64,000 nucleotides of DNA from Eledone cirrhosa (lineage: Eukaryota). This document shows, one piece after another, positions 25,245 through 37,510 of this stretch. The stretch covers positions 428,606,001 to 428,670,000 of the forward strand of contig OZ024740.1 in NCBI GenBank assembly GCA_964016885.1, in the 5' to 3' direction. The translations under genes were made by a program, and so were the position numbers. How positions within the stretch are numbered: position 1 is the stretch's first letter; the number at the start of each line of letters is the position of its first letter. The notes beneath the pieces were generated by a model that saw only the letters and a program-made list of their open reading frames with translations, did no database searches and was not told the DNA's origin.

Positions 25245-28200
25245 CTACAGAACAATGTAGAGAGAAGGCCCATTTACACGGGCCATTCTCGCTTCTTTCA
25301 CCCACCTTTCATAAAACTGTCTGGGACCAAGCACTTCTCTCTCCATCCTGATTCTTCTTCCGAAGTGGTATCGGAAGAAGTAAACCAGGTGATGGCCGGA
25401 GAGAAAGTCACCCGACCTCAGACCTTTCAGGCGCGTCCACCACACAACCTCTTTCATCATGGCTATTACGCACAGAAAGACCGCCTCTGCTTCATTTCTG
25501 AAGGGAGGAGGCGGCTTGATGTTCACCACAGACTCGGCGGTTAATCGAATCGGCGCCACACGCGACAGCAGTCGTTCGACGTAGCCCCACAGATCGGCAA
25601 CGCCCGGGCAGTGTACCAGTGCATGCGCAACGGTTTCCTCGTCGCGCACGCATCTGGGACAGATCTTTTTCGCGGGATCCCTGCCCGGGCGCCCGTGTCT
25701 GTAGAGCTTTTCTCGAACGGGCAGAGCCCCCCGGTAACACTGCCAGGCTAGGGACCTCTGGAAGTTGTCCATGGGTCCCGGGCCGAAAGTTCTACCGAAC
25801 AGGCTGGCCAGTTCGTCCTCCTCCATGCCTAGCGACTCTCCAAGGGTGTCGTCGCCCTTGCTAGCCACCAACCCTCTATAGAATGTCGAGGTGGATTCTC
25901 CACTGACAGTCGGGTCCGCTTGCCAGATAGCCGTGAGCGCCTGGGCACACTCAGTGTGCCAGTTGCCCAGTTTTCTCGGTCTTTGCTTCACCCAGGATTG
26001 CAGTTCGGTGAGCGAGACGAGCTGTGGGAAGGCTCGCCTCACAAACGGGGCCCACACCGGCTGACCGTTGAGGAATACCTGTAGATGCCGTAGCCTCAAT
26101 GCGTGCCTACGCATCAACAGCCACGGCATACCCAGCCCTCCTTTCGAAGGGTGTTGGCAGCAGATGGATCTCCTCACCATGGGAGGCCGCTTCTTCCAGA
26201 GGAACTGGAAGAGCATGCGTTCCATGATGGTGAGCTTTTCCTTGGGGCAAGGCACGACGGTCAGGCGGTAGTAGATGACGGACGCTATGTAAGCGTTCGT
26301 CACCTCCGCCCGACCTTTCAGTGATAGTTTGCACTTGGCCCACTTCTGGGTCAGCGCAAACACCCTGCTCGTCACCTCGCCCCAATTCTTCTCCACCTGG
26401 AGGTCCGGTCCGAACCAGACCCCGAGCAGCTTCACCGGACCCTCCGTCCACCGCCCGACGACACCGTCTAACGGCATCGGTTTGCCCCTCCACGTTCCGA
26501 GTTGCAAACCGACTGACTTGTCCTGGTTCAGCTTAGCCCCCGTCAGCCTTTCGTATTCCTCCAGTAGGGTGGCGATCGCCCCGATTTCCGAGGCGTCCGC
26601 CACCATTACTGTTACGTCGTCGGCATAGGCCGAGACCGCTTTGTGCAATCCCGGTTCCAGGGGTATGCCCCGCAGCAACTCCAACTTCCGCAGCAGTGGC
26701 TCGAGAGTCAATACGTACAGAAGGGAGGAGAGGGGGCACCCCTGTCTGATGGATCGGGTGATTTGAAACGGCTCCGAGAGGTAGCCGTTTACTTTAATCC
26801 TAGAGTAGATGTTGCCACTGTGCATGGCAGAAATCCAGCCCCTGAAAACGGGTCCGAAGCCCGCCGCCGCTAGCACCGCATCCAGGTAACCATGGTCGAC
26901 CCTATCGAACGCCTTAGATTGATCCAAGTTGATCAGGGCCCCACCAAAGCCGGGTTCGTAGCCAACCCTCTCTATGATGTATCGCATGAGGTGGAGGTTG
27001 TCGTGAATGGACCTGGACGGGATAGCGCATGTCTGCGCGTCTCCCACCAAACCACCCACCACAAGCGCCAACCTCTTCGCCAACACCTTGGCCAAAATCT
27101 GTAACTCTGCATTCAGCAGAGTTATGGGCCTAAAGTTACTTAAGTCGTCCCCCTTGCTCTCGTCCTTCCTCACTAGCGTGACCACGCCCTTGGTCACAGA
27201 ACAGGGAATTCTCCCGTTCTGTTGCCAGTTGCAATAGACAGCCTCGAGGAGTTCGGAGAACAAGACCGGCATAGCTAAATAAAGTTCGTATGGTAGACCA
27301 TCGAGACCCGGGGATTTGCGTCTGCTGCATTGGCTGAGCGCTTCCCCGATTTCAGTGGCTGTGATTGGCCCTTCGCAGCACTCCGCTTCGCCGCTCGAAA
27401 GACGCGGTAGACCGTCGAGGTATGGACCGAAGTCCACATCCCCGTCCGGCCCCCCGCCACCTCCGAACAGTCGAGCAAAGTGCCTTTGAAAGGTCTCGCA
27501 CATTCGCTCAGGTTCAAGGATCACCCGTCCATCCTGGTCTCGCAAAGACCGAATGGTGGATTTAATCCCACTCTTGGCTTCTGTCACGCGGGCCCAGCTA
27601 ACAGCTTTGGTCCCCTCGTTTCCTAAAGCACGTATTTTACTTCGGACAACGCAGCCTTCGTGCTTCGCGTCAAAGAACTGGCTCAATGCCGTTCTCGTCG
27701 CTAACACTCTGGCTACGTCTCCGCTCCTAATCGCCTCTTCTAGTTTATCTGTTAACTCCCTTTCCCTCCTATTTCTATTCGCCGCTAGTTCCTTACTGTA
27801 ACCTATCGAACTTACTCTAATCTCTCTCTTTAGAGATATCCACCACCTACTGTTGACGATCGCTCCCGTCAACCGCATCTTAACTAAGCTACTAATCCGG
27901 TTTCTGTAATCTTTCTTTGTCGGTAAGGACAAGTTCATCTTCCAGTAACCGGGACCCTGTCTATGCGTTCTATCAAGGTTGACCACGCAGGTCACTAATT
28001 TGTGATCTGAATAGCCAACCATGATCAGTTCTGGACAACTAAATACGTCCCTATCCTTACTCCTAACCAAAAACCTATCTAGGTACGATCTAGATTGTCC
28101 ACTGCGGTTTGCCCAGGTCCAGGTTGGCGCAGTTGGACAATCTAGTCGAAATCTATCGACCAGGTCGAATCGATCGAGTAACCCCTTGAGGCTGCTACAC

Positions 28201-28673
28201 CCCCCTCTATCGGGACATGCCCCTGCATAGTCCCAACGCGCATCTAGGATTCCATTCCAGTCCCCCACTAAAAGCAGGGAACGCGACGTTCCTAGAAAAG
28301 TCTCCAGACGTTGGAAGAAGTCGGCTCTCTCCGCCCCGAAGGGAGCATAAAGACCGACCAGTCTGAAAGCCCCGCCTTCACCACCTCCGACGTCCAGCAC
28401 CAGTAATCGACCCCCCGGGTCCGAGTGAACAATCTGTACGTCGAGAGTCAGACGTTTATCCAGCAGTACGGCAACTCCCCCCCCGCCTCCGGGTTGACAG
28501 AGAGATGCGTGCATCTCAAAGTCATCGAAGGCGGGCGCCAGCTGTCTCACGCTGCTGATCCGACTCTCGCAAACAACCATCACAACTATACTTTGTGACC
28601 TGAGGTCACTTAGAAGCTTTGCTTGCTTCCAAGCTGAGCTCAGGCCACGCGCGTTCAAACAGCCAACTCTCAA
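25245..28673 (-). CDS. ORF2: APE endonuclease, reverse transcriptase and C-terminal CCHC (1142 aa, no ATG at the expected start)
   Basis: LNARGL, GDWN, SYLDRF, SDH (APE); KSPGLDG, FRPITLLN, DQSKAFD, QGCPLS, YADD (RT); GGLG; CPRC..ETVAHALVHC. Confidence 0.95.
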   Translation of the reverse strand: MRVGCLNARGLSSAWKQAKLLSDLRSQSIVVMVVCESRISSVRQLAPAFDDFEMHASLCQPGGGGGVAVLLDKRLTLDVQIVHSDPGGRLLVLDVGGGEGGAFRLVGLYAPFGAERADFFQRLETFLGTSRSLLLVGDWNGILDARWDYAGACPDRGGCSSLKGLLDRFDLVDRFRLDCPTAPTWTWANRSGQSRSYLDRFLVRSKDRDVFSCPELIMVGYSDHKLVTCVVNLDRTHRQGPGYWKMNLSLPTKKDYRNRISSLVKMRLTGAIVNSRWWISLKREIRVSSIGYSKELAANRNRRERELTDKLEEAIRSGDVARVLATRTALSQFFDAKHEGCVVRSKIRALGNEGTKAVSWARVTEAKSGIKSTIRSLRDQDGRVILEPERMCETFQRHFARLFGGGGGPDGDVDFGPYLDGLPRLSSGEAECCEGPITATEIGEALSQCSRRKSPGLDGLPYELYLAMPVLFSELLEAVYCNWQQNGRIPCSVTKGVVTLVRKDESKGDDLSNFRPITLLNAELQILAKVLAKRLALVVGGLVGDAQTCAIPSRSIHDNLHLMRYIIERVGYEPGFGGALINLDQSKAFDRVDHGYLDAVLAAAGFGPVFRGWISAMHSGNIYSRIKVNGYLSEPFQITRSIRQGCPLSSLLYVLTLEPLLRKLELLRGIPLEPGLHKAVSAYADDVTVMVADASEIGAIATLLEEYERLTGAKLNQDKSVGLQLGTWRGKPMPLDGVVGRWTEGPVKLLGVWFGPDLQVEKNWGEVTSRVFALTQKWAKCKLSLKGRAEVTNAYIASVIYYRLTVVPCPKEKLTIMERMLFQFLWKKRPPMVRRSICCQHPSKGGLGMPWLLMRRHALRLRHLQVFLNGQPVWAPFVRRAFPQLVSLTELQSWVKQRPRKLGNWHTECAQALTAIWQADPTVSGESTSTFYRGLVASKGDDTLGESLGMEEDELASLFGRTFGPGPMDNFQRSLAWQCYRGALPVREKLYRHGRPGRDPAKKICPRCVRDEETVAHALVHCPGVADLWGYVERLLSRVAPIRLTAESVVNIKPPPPFRNEAEAVFLCVIAMMKEVVWWTRLKGLRSGDFLSGHHLVYFFRYHFGRRIRMEREVLGPRQFYERWVKEARMARVNGPSLYIVL

Positions 28674-28678
28674 TTGAT

Positions 28679-30513
28679 CTATTTTGGTGTTGAAAGTGAA
28701 GAAAGAAAAGCACTTACCTCTCCGGGTTGCGTAATTTCCATGGCATCAGGTGTGTTGGGTGGAGGGATGTTTTGTGGTGGTGTGGGGGTACACGTGTGTG
28801 GTGGGGTTGGGGTATTTGGAGTTGTGTCAGGGAGAGGGGCGGTTATGGGGAAATCTTTCAAGAGGACGCGATTCAACGGTTTTAAACAGGGGGGGCTCAC
28901 GTCCCGTCTAAATTGTTCTTTTAAGGAACGATAAAGGTCCAGAGGGACCTTTATCATTTTTAAATGGGTGAAGTTCTCTGTTGAGATAAAGTTTGGCCCT
29001 TCGGTCTGCACCATAGGGTTATTGTTTATTAATTTAACCAGTTTTTTGTTTTCTTTATTTATATATGTGTATTGCAACGTCTTTTTTTGTGATGCTGTCA
29101 ATGTTTCGGAGAGGGGAGGCGCAGATTTATTTTTGTTTGTTGAGGGTGGGGTGTTTTTGATTGGAGTTGGTGTTTGTGTGTGGGTTATTTGTGGTGTGCT
29201 GGGTGTGTGTTTTCTTTTTTTTCTTTTAACTTGTCTGAAGGCTTCTCCTCCTTCTTCTTCAGAAGTTGGGGGAAACTCTTCAGCGCTAGGTGGGAGGGAC
29301 GTGTTGTGTGGTTGTTTTTTTTTGCGGGAGGGGTAGATTTGTTACTGTTTTTTTTATTATTTGTTTGGAATGGGTTTTGTGGTGGTGGTGGTGGTAATGT
29401 TTGTGTCGTGCTTGTGGTTGGTGATGGTGGTGGTGATGTTTGTGTTGTGGTTGGTGGTGGTGATTTTTGTGTCGTGCTTGTGTTTGGTGCTGGTGGTGGT
29501 GATGTTTGTGTTGTGTTTGTGGTTGGTGGTGTCTGTATTTTGTTTGCTGTGTGTGGTATTAGTGTATTTTTGGAGGTGGGTGGTGCTGGTGTACTGTTTG
29601 TGGTGGGTGTGGGCAATAGTCCTTTTTGGGGGATACGTTTCGGGCAGTTAGCCTTAACGTGTCCCCTTTCCATGCATAAATAGCATGCTGGTCTTCTCCC
29701 CTCTACAATTATGTCTATTGGGGTAAGGTCATCCAGCCAGATGCGATCCGGGATTTGTGCTATTCTTTCGGGCCTCATTTGGACTATTATGTCGAGGCCC
29801 ATTCCCAGGAACGCATCTCCAGTTGCCTTCCCCATTGACAGCATAGTGTCTTCGCCCATATCAATGAAGCCAGCAATAGCCCACCAGAAGTCCATTGTGG
29901 GCAGCATTGTTTTTACTTTTACTCTCTGTGTTCTTCTACCCATGTAGGAGGGATAGAAGCTATATGTTGTCGACGAGAGTGGGCTTAGGGAAAGCTTCTC
30001 CGCCGTTTCTTTGTCTCTTGTTAGGACCGAAATGCTGCCATAGAGTCGGTCCTTTCGTATGAAGAGAATATTCTTCATATAGTCTTTTAGGACTAACTCT
30101 ATTTCCATTTGGCTGGGCTGTGCTGGCTTTCTTGTCTGGTTCAGTATAGTTCTGTATATAACTGTGTTTTCTGCTCTGGCTTTCTTGAATTCTGGGGGGG
30201 AGTTAATGGAAAACATTCCGTTCTCCCCCAAAACAATATGTTTCTTTGCTTCGGCCAGTTTTTCTCTGGCGGCAGTTAGGTCAATTGGTGTGTATGTAAT
30301 GGATTGCTTTGTTTTCTGGGCGAAAGTTGCCCTGTCGTTATTTGTATTATTTTCTGTTTGTTTGTTTTCTGTTTGCTCATTTTCCTTAACATTTGTTTTT
30401 TCATTTTGTTTGTTTGTTTCAATGTCTAATTTTGTTGTAATTATTTTTTGTTCTTCAGACTTGGGGGGCGTGGCAGAGCTAATGGCAGACATGTCTGCCA
30501 TCTTTTCCGCCAT
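28679..30513 (-). CDS. ORF1 (gag-like nucleic-acid-binding protein), one frameshift at the A9 run near 29315-29323
   Basis: Zinc knuckle CYLCMERGHVKANC (CX2CX4HX4C) and Pro/Thr-rich linker; ORFs 29185-30540 and 28679-29101 join if one A is added; homologous to 45124-46516. Confidence 0.8.
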
Positions 30514-31097
30514 GCTGCCAAGAAAGAAATTTTTCGGCAAAAATAGATATTTATTTTACCCCCTAAAAAGGGGGTAAATGCAAAAATGTTTCCCTAAATA
30601 ACAGGGGTTAGTGTTCCAAATGTGTTGCACTAAAAAATGTATCCGGTACTTACAATAGTAAGGGTAAATCCCGATGGAATAGCGGAGCCGATGCGAAGCG
30701 TGTCTTACTCTATCAAGATAGATAGATAGATAGATAGATAGAGTGAGTGAGAGAAAGATAGATAGATATTCGGTGTACTAAACGAAGACATTTAAGTTAA
30801 TTACAATTACACCAATTGAGATGTGAACAGTTCTATCTGTAATAGTGTAATTTCAATTGATTATACTACCTGTCTCACTACATCAACTAATGTTGACGAC
30901 AGCTTTAGGGATATATGTATATATCATAATTGAATATAAAAGAGAGATAAACACAGACATATACATATATGTGTTCAGTAAGGGATCAGATTCGCTAGGG
31001 TGAAAAAAATACTAACTATGTACAATAGGGTCTGCCAGACTCAATTCAAGAATAAATCAAGAAAATAAATGCAAACCGGAATTGCGGTAACTACCAA

Positions 31098-31177
31098 TCA
31101 CCCATACAGCGTTTGGCTATGCTGTTTCGCAAATTAATTGTGAAGAGTATAACCAATTCTTGCTCATCAGTGGGTGA
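31098..31177 (-). ncRNA. Type I hammerhead ribozyme with complete stem III
   Basis: tcaccca-CTGATGA-gcaag..aattg/caatt..tttgc-GAAA-cagc-loop-gctg-TA-tgggtga on the minus strand. Confidence 0.88.
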
Positions 31178-31294
31178 AAATTATTCAATTATGATATACG
31201 GTTCGGAAAAATCTCTTTCCTAGAGCTATTTTGTTGTAAGAGACTATTTTGAGTTTCTAACTCAATATATACCTTTGATATATATATATACCTT

Positions 31295-31347
<53 letters not shown>

Positions 31348-31349
<2 letters not shown>

Positions 31350-31999
31350 AAAATGTTCAAGACCCCGAGGGCAGAGCTCAAGCCGTTTCGACGGCTATTT
31401 CTGGACTAAATTAGAATTTTTAACATGGTAATTATATAGCAGCTGCTTTAGACTCTAGAGATTTTTTTAATAAACTTTTTACTGTTTAATTTTATTTTTT
31501 TTTTTTTTTTTTAATTATTTTCTCCTAATCTCAATTTATTAACCATTAAATTTTATAATGTCCCACTCTCAAATTCCTCCAGAATCCTTTTTTGCCTGCT
31601 TCCTAACTAGCCTAATTTCAAACACACTCCTTAGAATTTTCTGTATAGAATTCACTTTCAACGCTTGACCGGCTCCACCCAATCCCTCATTGTTCTACAG
31701 GCAAGTTCAGCCACCACCACCTCTCACCCACTGCCATGAAAGATTTAATTGTGTTTACAAGAAATTTTGACCAATCCTTTTGACAACTACAATCTTCCCG
31801 TATAAGGAATTATTCCTTGAAAAGTTCGACTATTTATTTACCACGCTAAAAATTATAATTTAGTCCAGAAATATCCGTCGAAACGGCTTGAGCTCTGCCG
31901 TCGGGGTTAATATTTTTCCTATTACCCACTCTACTACCCTAAGTATTGAGTACTCTGGTGCGTTATTGACCATCTGGTTCCTTACCACACCTCCTTCGT

Positions 32000-32003
<4 letters not shown>
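31348..32003 (+). mobile_element. Family A Penelope-like element: inverted partial terminal repeat, body, terminal repeat with degenerate hammerhead (31809-31911), tail
   Basis: 31348-31412 is the reverse complement of ~31857-31919; tail 31920-32003 matches 14743-14820; (TA)n on both sides. Confidence 0.7.
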
Positions 32004-32087
<84 letters not shown>

Positions 32088-32089
32088 GC

Positions 32090-32122
<33 letters not shown>

Positions 32123-32573
32123 CTAGCAGTGTATCCCGGCATTGCACGGGTAAGAACATTGGTAATAGCAGCTCCAATGAGAAACGTTTATTTGTGAGTG
32201 CCTGTTAAAAACTCACGAAAATATACCGACAGGAAACTTGTTTTATTTGGAGAAAATTAAGAAGTTAAAAGTACAGTTTAGCTGTCTACGTGCATTGTTC
32301 ATAGAAATATTGTTGAGTCCCTTCTTTTAACACTACTCTGTTTTGGCCTTTTGGAGTAAATGTGAAAGAGAAAGTCACAGGTTCAGTTGGCAGAAGGTTC
32401 CATACGTACATACATACATACATACACACATACATACATACATACATACATACATACATACATACATACATACATACATACATACATACATACATACATA
32501 CGTACATACACACACGCAGTCAACGCGATCAGTCGCATAATTTGGCGTGGGAGACTATTTATTAAATTTAAGA
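32123..32573 (-). mobile_element. Non-autonomous Helitron with internal (TATG)n
   Basis: Minus strand A|TCTTAAATTTAATAAATAG ... hairpin CCCGTGCAATGCCGGG ... CTAG|T. Confidence 0.7.
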
Positions 32574-32699
32574 TGAATACTATCTCCGACAGTAATGCCA
32601 CAACTACAGTCATGTTGAATAACTGGTTATTCTTCTAACTATATCTTCTGAAGACACCTTTTATTCGAATTCGTAGAGATATCCGACTAAATACATATT

Positions 32700-35355
32700 T
32701 CATTTTATGCCTTGAAAGAACTATACCTGTAAGAAACTTGACACCACGTGTACCATCTAAGTCTACCTCGAATGCTGGGGAAAACACTATCGATAATAAT
32801 AATAATCGAAGAAATTTGACACCACGTATACCACCCGAGTCTACCTCGACTGTTGTGGAAAATACTATCGAAAATGATAATAATCAAAAGTATAAACAAT
32901 TGAAAATTTCCCTCAACGAAATCTTCCAGAGAGAAATTAATTCATGTATAAATATCTCTCTTGCTGAACGTATTAAAACGACAATATTTAAGAAAAAAAC
33001 AAATAATGAAATATTACGTGTTATTGACGAAATAGGGGGTGAATATTTACGATGGATAAAAACCCCAACATTTTGGCAAATCAACGCCTGTTTATATGCC
33101 TTAGCAACGACAGTGAAGCATTATCTTGGTGATAGCAGAGATACTAACAAGAACAAAACACCACCAAAAATACCATCATATATAACTAAAATAGAAAAAA
33201 AGATTGCTGACCTACGAAAAACCATAGGATATGTGACAATGCTCCTTACATGGAAACAAACACAAAAAAAACTCACTCCTCACTAACAAAGAGTGAAAAA
33301 AAATAAAATAGAGACGATGTTTGGTAACAGTAGAACCAGAACTCTTCAATATAAGCTGATCACCCTCAAACAAGAATTGATAGCTGTTATCGGAAAACAC
33401 CGATGAGAGAAAAGTGCTTAATAAAGGATTCAGACGAAACCAAACATCAGTCTATAGAGATGTGAAGAACAAAATAATAAGTGTCACTGAGGCCCCATCC
33501 CAGAAAGACATAGAATCCTTTTGGAGCAAAATATGGGATGAAAAGAAGAATTCAACCAAGACGCAGTGTGGCTAAAGTCTCAGACATTATTATCAGAGCC
33601 ATATAGAAGCTGTCTTCTTCTTGGGCTACTATCCTCAGGTTAAAGACAGAGGGGGAGGACTCTATTTTCACTGATAAAATAAAATATCGCAGGGGTATAT
33701 TTCAGGGAGACAGTCTCTCTGTGATATTATTTAGCCTGTCATTAAACCCCTTGTTCTTTCAGCTCAAGAAATGTGAGGGATACATCATTGGCACACAGGA
33801 GGACAGAAATACGAACCTAACCCATAATTTCTTTGTGGATGATCTGAAACTCTATGCCAAGAACATGGATGGGATGAAGAAAAGTCTTAACCTGGTTACA
33901 ACATTCTCAAAAGATATAGGAATGGAGTTTGGCCAAGATAAATGCTCATACATGACTGTAAAGCGGGAAAAAACAACAACCCAATCTAGCAACATTATCA
34001 TCAATGGCCTAACTGTTTCATCGATATCTGATGTGGAGTGCTACAGATACCTGGGGATAGATGAGACATATCCTATAATGGTATCTGTAATAAGGAACAC
34101 ATAACCAGGGAATACTACACCCGATTAAGAAAGATTTGGTCATCGGAACTCTCTGCGCAAAACAAAACAGTGGCTCACAACGTGTTTGCTGTGCCTGTCC
34201 TAACACCAACGTTTGGAATACTCAATTGGACGATAGACGAAATCCAAGCAGTTGATGTTTGAACTCGAAAAATAGTAAACAACGCCGGAAACTTCCACAT
34301 CAAGGGTGACATAGACCGCCTTTACTTGAAGCGTAAGCAGAGAGGCAGAGGCCTAACATCAGTCCAGACAACATTTGAATGTCGCATCATATACCCCCGA
34401 CAACATCTACGACCTCGAAGCGTAGGAGCAAGTCTATCTGCATGAAACAGATAAGATCATGAGAGTTGGGTAGGAACTCCTCGAGAGATATTCTATGTGT
34501 GTTAATCAAAAACTCACACCCAGGGAAGTCGCTCAGCAGTATCGCAGTGAATCCATGGATTAAAAACTGCATGCTTATCAGCAAAAAATCATGCGTGGAT
34601 ATGTTGCCAGGAAGCTCCAGAGTGAGAGTAATATAGATAAGGAAAGTAATCTATCTTAACCCAACAACCGCTATATTGGCTCCCACTTTGAAGGATACGC
34701 TTTTGCAATCCAAGAACAGGAGATTAACACGAAATACCTGATTCACAAAAGAGATAGGGATGCAGGCAAAACACCTAGATGTGATAACAAGTGCAGACTC
34801 TGCAGAACTAACATCGAAGATATCACCCATGTCATCAGCAGCTGTCCAAAGATGTCATCGCGGTACTATATACCTATGAGGCATGATGTAGTGGCCAAAG
34901 CGCTGTACAATGCAATCCGTAGAAAAAAAAGCCCGATAATAAACACAGCTACAGCAATGTGGAAGACATCCATGTACATAATATGAAAGAGTACTGGTGG
35001 AATGTTCCAGTAAAATACCCAATAAAATGCAGGCATAACAGATCAGATATTATGCACAGTAGTGGAAATTAGCTGCCCAGCAGTTGCCAATATAATGTCA
35101 AAGATTAGCGAAAAGGAGAATATTTATGCAGAACTGATGAGAAATCTGCAGATACTCCACCTTGATGACACCTTCAGACTTATGCCTGTGATTGTTGGGG
35201 CACTGTGGTATGTTAGTAACTGCCTCAATACAAATCTTGAGAAGCTAGGCTTCACAGGAACAGAACGAACACAACTAGTTAGGAAATTACAAGTACAATC
35301 CATTAATGGAACAGTAAAAATATGTAAAACATTCCAAAAATGTTGCATATAATAA
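32700..35355 (+). pseudogene. Decayed R4/Dong-type LINE (RT, CCHC and restriction-like endonuclease), internally deleted
   Basis: RGIFQGDSLS, FFVDDLKLY, YRYLG, CRLC...HVISSC, RHDVVA, NRSD, EISCP, PVIVGAL across several frames with stops. Confidence 0.85.
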
Positions 35356-35899
35356 CTGCATATACACATGTACAGATACAAAGCATATACACATGCACAC
35401 ATACAACTCAAAACATACACATCCACACATACAATAACATCCATATCTACACATGCATGCAGACATGCATACATATCTACCTAGTTGATGTTGTGTAAAT
35501 TCCAATGAGAGAGTCTTGATTCTATGTTAAAAACCGACTCTCTCTCTATTGGGAAAAAATTGGTGAAATTATAAAAGCAGAAGAACATACACACATACAT
35601 ACATACATACATACATACATACATACATACATACATACATACATACATACATACATACATACACACATACATACAAGTAGCAACTAATTTCAACGCCATT
35701 TTCCCAGTCATTACGAGCTGACTTTATTCCTTTTTCCGTCCCTAATTGTTTTTCAGTCAAATTTAAAGGGTTTTTTATTGACCTTCTGTATCTTACATTC
35801 CTTTAAGACTGATATTGTTCTTCAAGTGAATATGACCAATTTGAGCTTCAAATAAACTAAACTCCATTGACAGTCACTTAAACCAGCATCATATACCAC

Positions 35900-36270
35900 A
35901 CCACATAAAGTAAAATCAATTTATTTAGTTCATGACAATATGACAGTTTATTTTGCTGTTTAGTAGAATAACCTGTTGTTTTGATTACTGCTTCAGTTCT
36001 TCTTGGCATAGAACTGATAAGATTCTTCGACTCCTCAGGATATAAGTTTCTAAATCTGGTATCGATGAATGCTTCAATTAAGTGGGTTATGCCGTTCGAG
36101 TTTGAAACCAATAGCAATCTCTTTAATCTTTACCATAAAGCTCGGGTGTGTATTCATATCATTGTAAAACATATTGTTTTGGTCTTTCAACGATTTCACA
36201 TTGAATTTCTCTGAATGACATGGGGCGCCATCCTGCCGAAATATTGCTTCATTTAATCATGTTAAATCTG
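35900..36270 (-). pseudogene. Tc1-like transposase 3' remnant
   Basis: Minus strand IFRQDGAPCH and NLISSMPRRTEAVIK..GYST. Confidence 0.7.
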
Positions 36271-36351
36271 TTCACTGATGGAAACGTGTAATCCCGTTTA
36301 CAAAATAGCTTCCCGGTAATTCCGTGGCTATAAAGTTCCCTTTATAATTTG

Positions 36352-36760
36352 AATACAGATAACAAACACCTTTGTCAAACATAAAGCACCATAGGAGGTT
36401 TCACTATAATATACTCAGATAACAAACACCTCTCTCAAACATTTAACTCTACAACATTACATAAACAAGAGGTTTCACTGTAGATATAATTGTTTTTACT
36501 TTTGGCACAAGGCCAGCAATTATTACAGTGTATTACTGGTACTGTATTTTATCGACCTCGTAAGTATGAAAGGCAAAGTTAACCTCGGCGGGTTTTGAAC
36601 TCAGACCATAAAGGGCCGTAACTCTTTGCAGCAAAGCATGGCGTCCGACCCTCTACCGATATAATATACTCAGATAACAAACACCTCTGTCAAACATTAA
36701 ACTCTACAACATTACAGAAACAGGAGGTTTCACTATAGATAAAATATACTCAAATAACAA
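36352..36760. repeat. Short tandem of ~60-75-bp units interrupted by a SINE (36490-36660, minus)
   Basis: CAGATAACAAACACCT...GAGGTTTCACT repeated about 3 times; SINE flanked by GATATAAT on both sides. Confidence 0.7.
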
Positions 36761-37510
36761 ATTCTTGGCTACAAAAATAATTGTGATGAGGAACGAACCA
36801 CACAGAGTATAAGCTTAATCTGTGAGAAGAGGTGTCTACAAGTCTGAATGCTACAGTATTTGTAATTTTAAACATATCAGTTCAAACTGAACACATCATA
36901 TCAAAGTGAGAATAGAGATTTCAAAATGAGGACGTATCACTTCCATGGGGATATAATTTTAAAGTGAAGATATTGATTTCATAATGGTCTCATGTCACTT
37001 AAACATAACCCAAACATACTTGATTTAATTAGCCAAGAATATATAATGTATCTTCTAATAGAGAAATGTAACAGGAGAGAGTTTATCAGCTAGAGAACAC
37101 GATATTATAAACAAAACAAAAGAAAAATATTCTTTTTTAATGACAATTGTAACAGCGATTTTCTGTAGACTTGACAGAACATGGCGGGATGTCTGCTTCT
37201 ACGATTGTTGCAGGAATTTACTTTTTAGGCCGAGTCCAGCATTTACTGGTTTTAGGGTTAAAGTGATCATTCCTTAAACAGTGATTTTGTAATGCCAAGA
37301 CAAACATTGGTGAACTTTGAAAAAAGACAACTCAATTTTATATCGTTGCTCGCTGTCTGTTTATAGGTATCTAACGGATGACGAATGTATACATTTTTTT
37401 TTTCACGTTTTTTTTTAATAATATTGATTTCTTTATTACTCAGCCTTATAATATCATATAAGCTTTATTTCAGTTATACCATTGAACATCGATGAAAGAA
37501 TGGTATTTAA

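Larger units (their letters stand above)
25013..30712 (-). mobile_element. Near full-length L1-superfamily (Tx1-type) non-LTR retrotransposon, copy B
   Basis: ~200-bp 5' UTR, ORF1, ORF2 (APE-RT-CCHC), 3' UTR with AATAAA; (TATC)n immediately upstream and downstream in element orientation. Confidence 0.93.

Noticed and set aside
25492-28230. Antisense and alternative-frame ORFs within LINE ORF2 (also in copies C and I)
   Set aside because: Expected by-products of GC-rich coding sequence; they recur because the copies are homologous.
32641-32681. Hammerhead-like atatctt-CTGAAGA...GAATTCGTA-gagatat upstream of the R4-type LINE
   Set aside because: Stem I pairs, but stem II and GAAA are degenerate; too weak to call.
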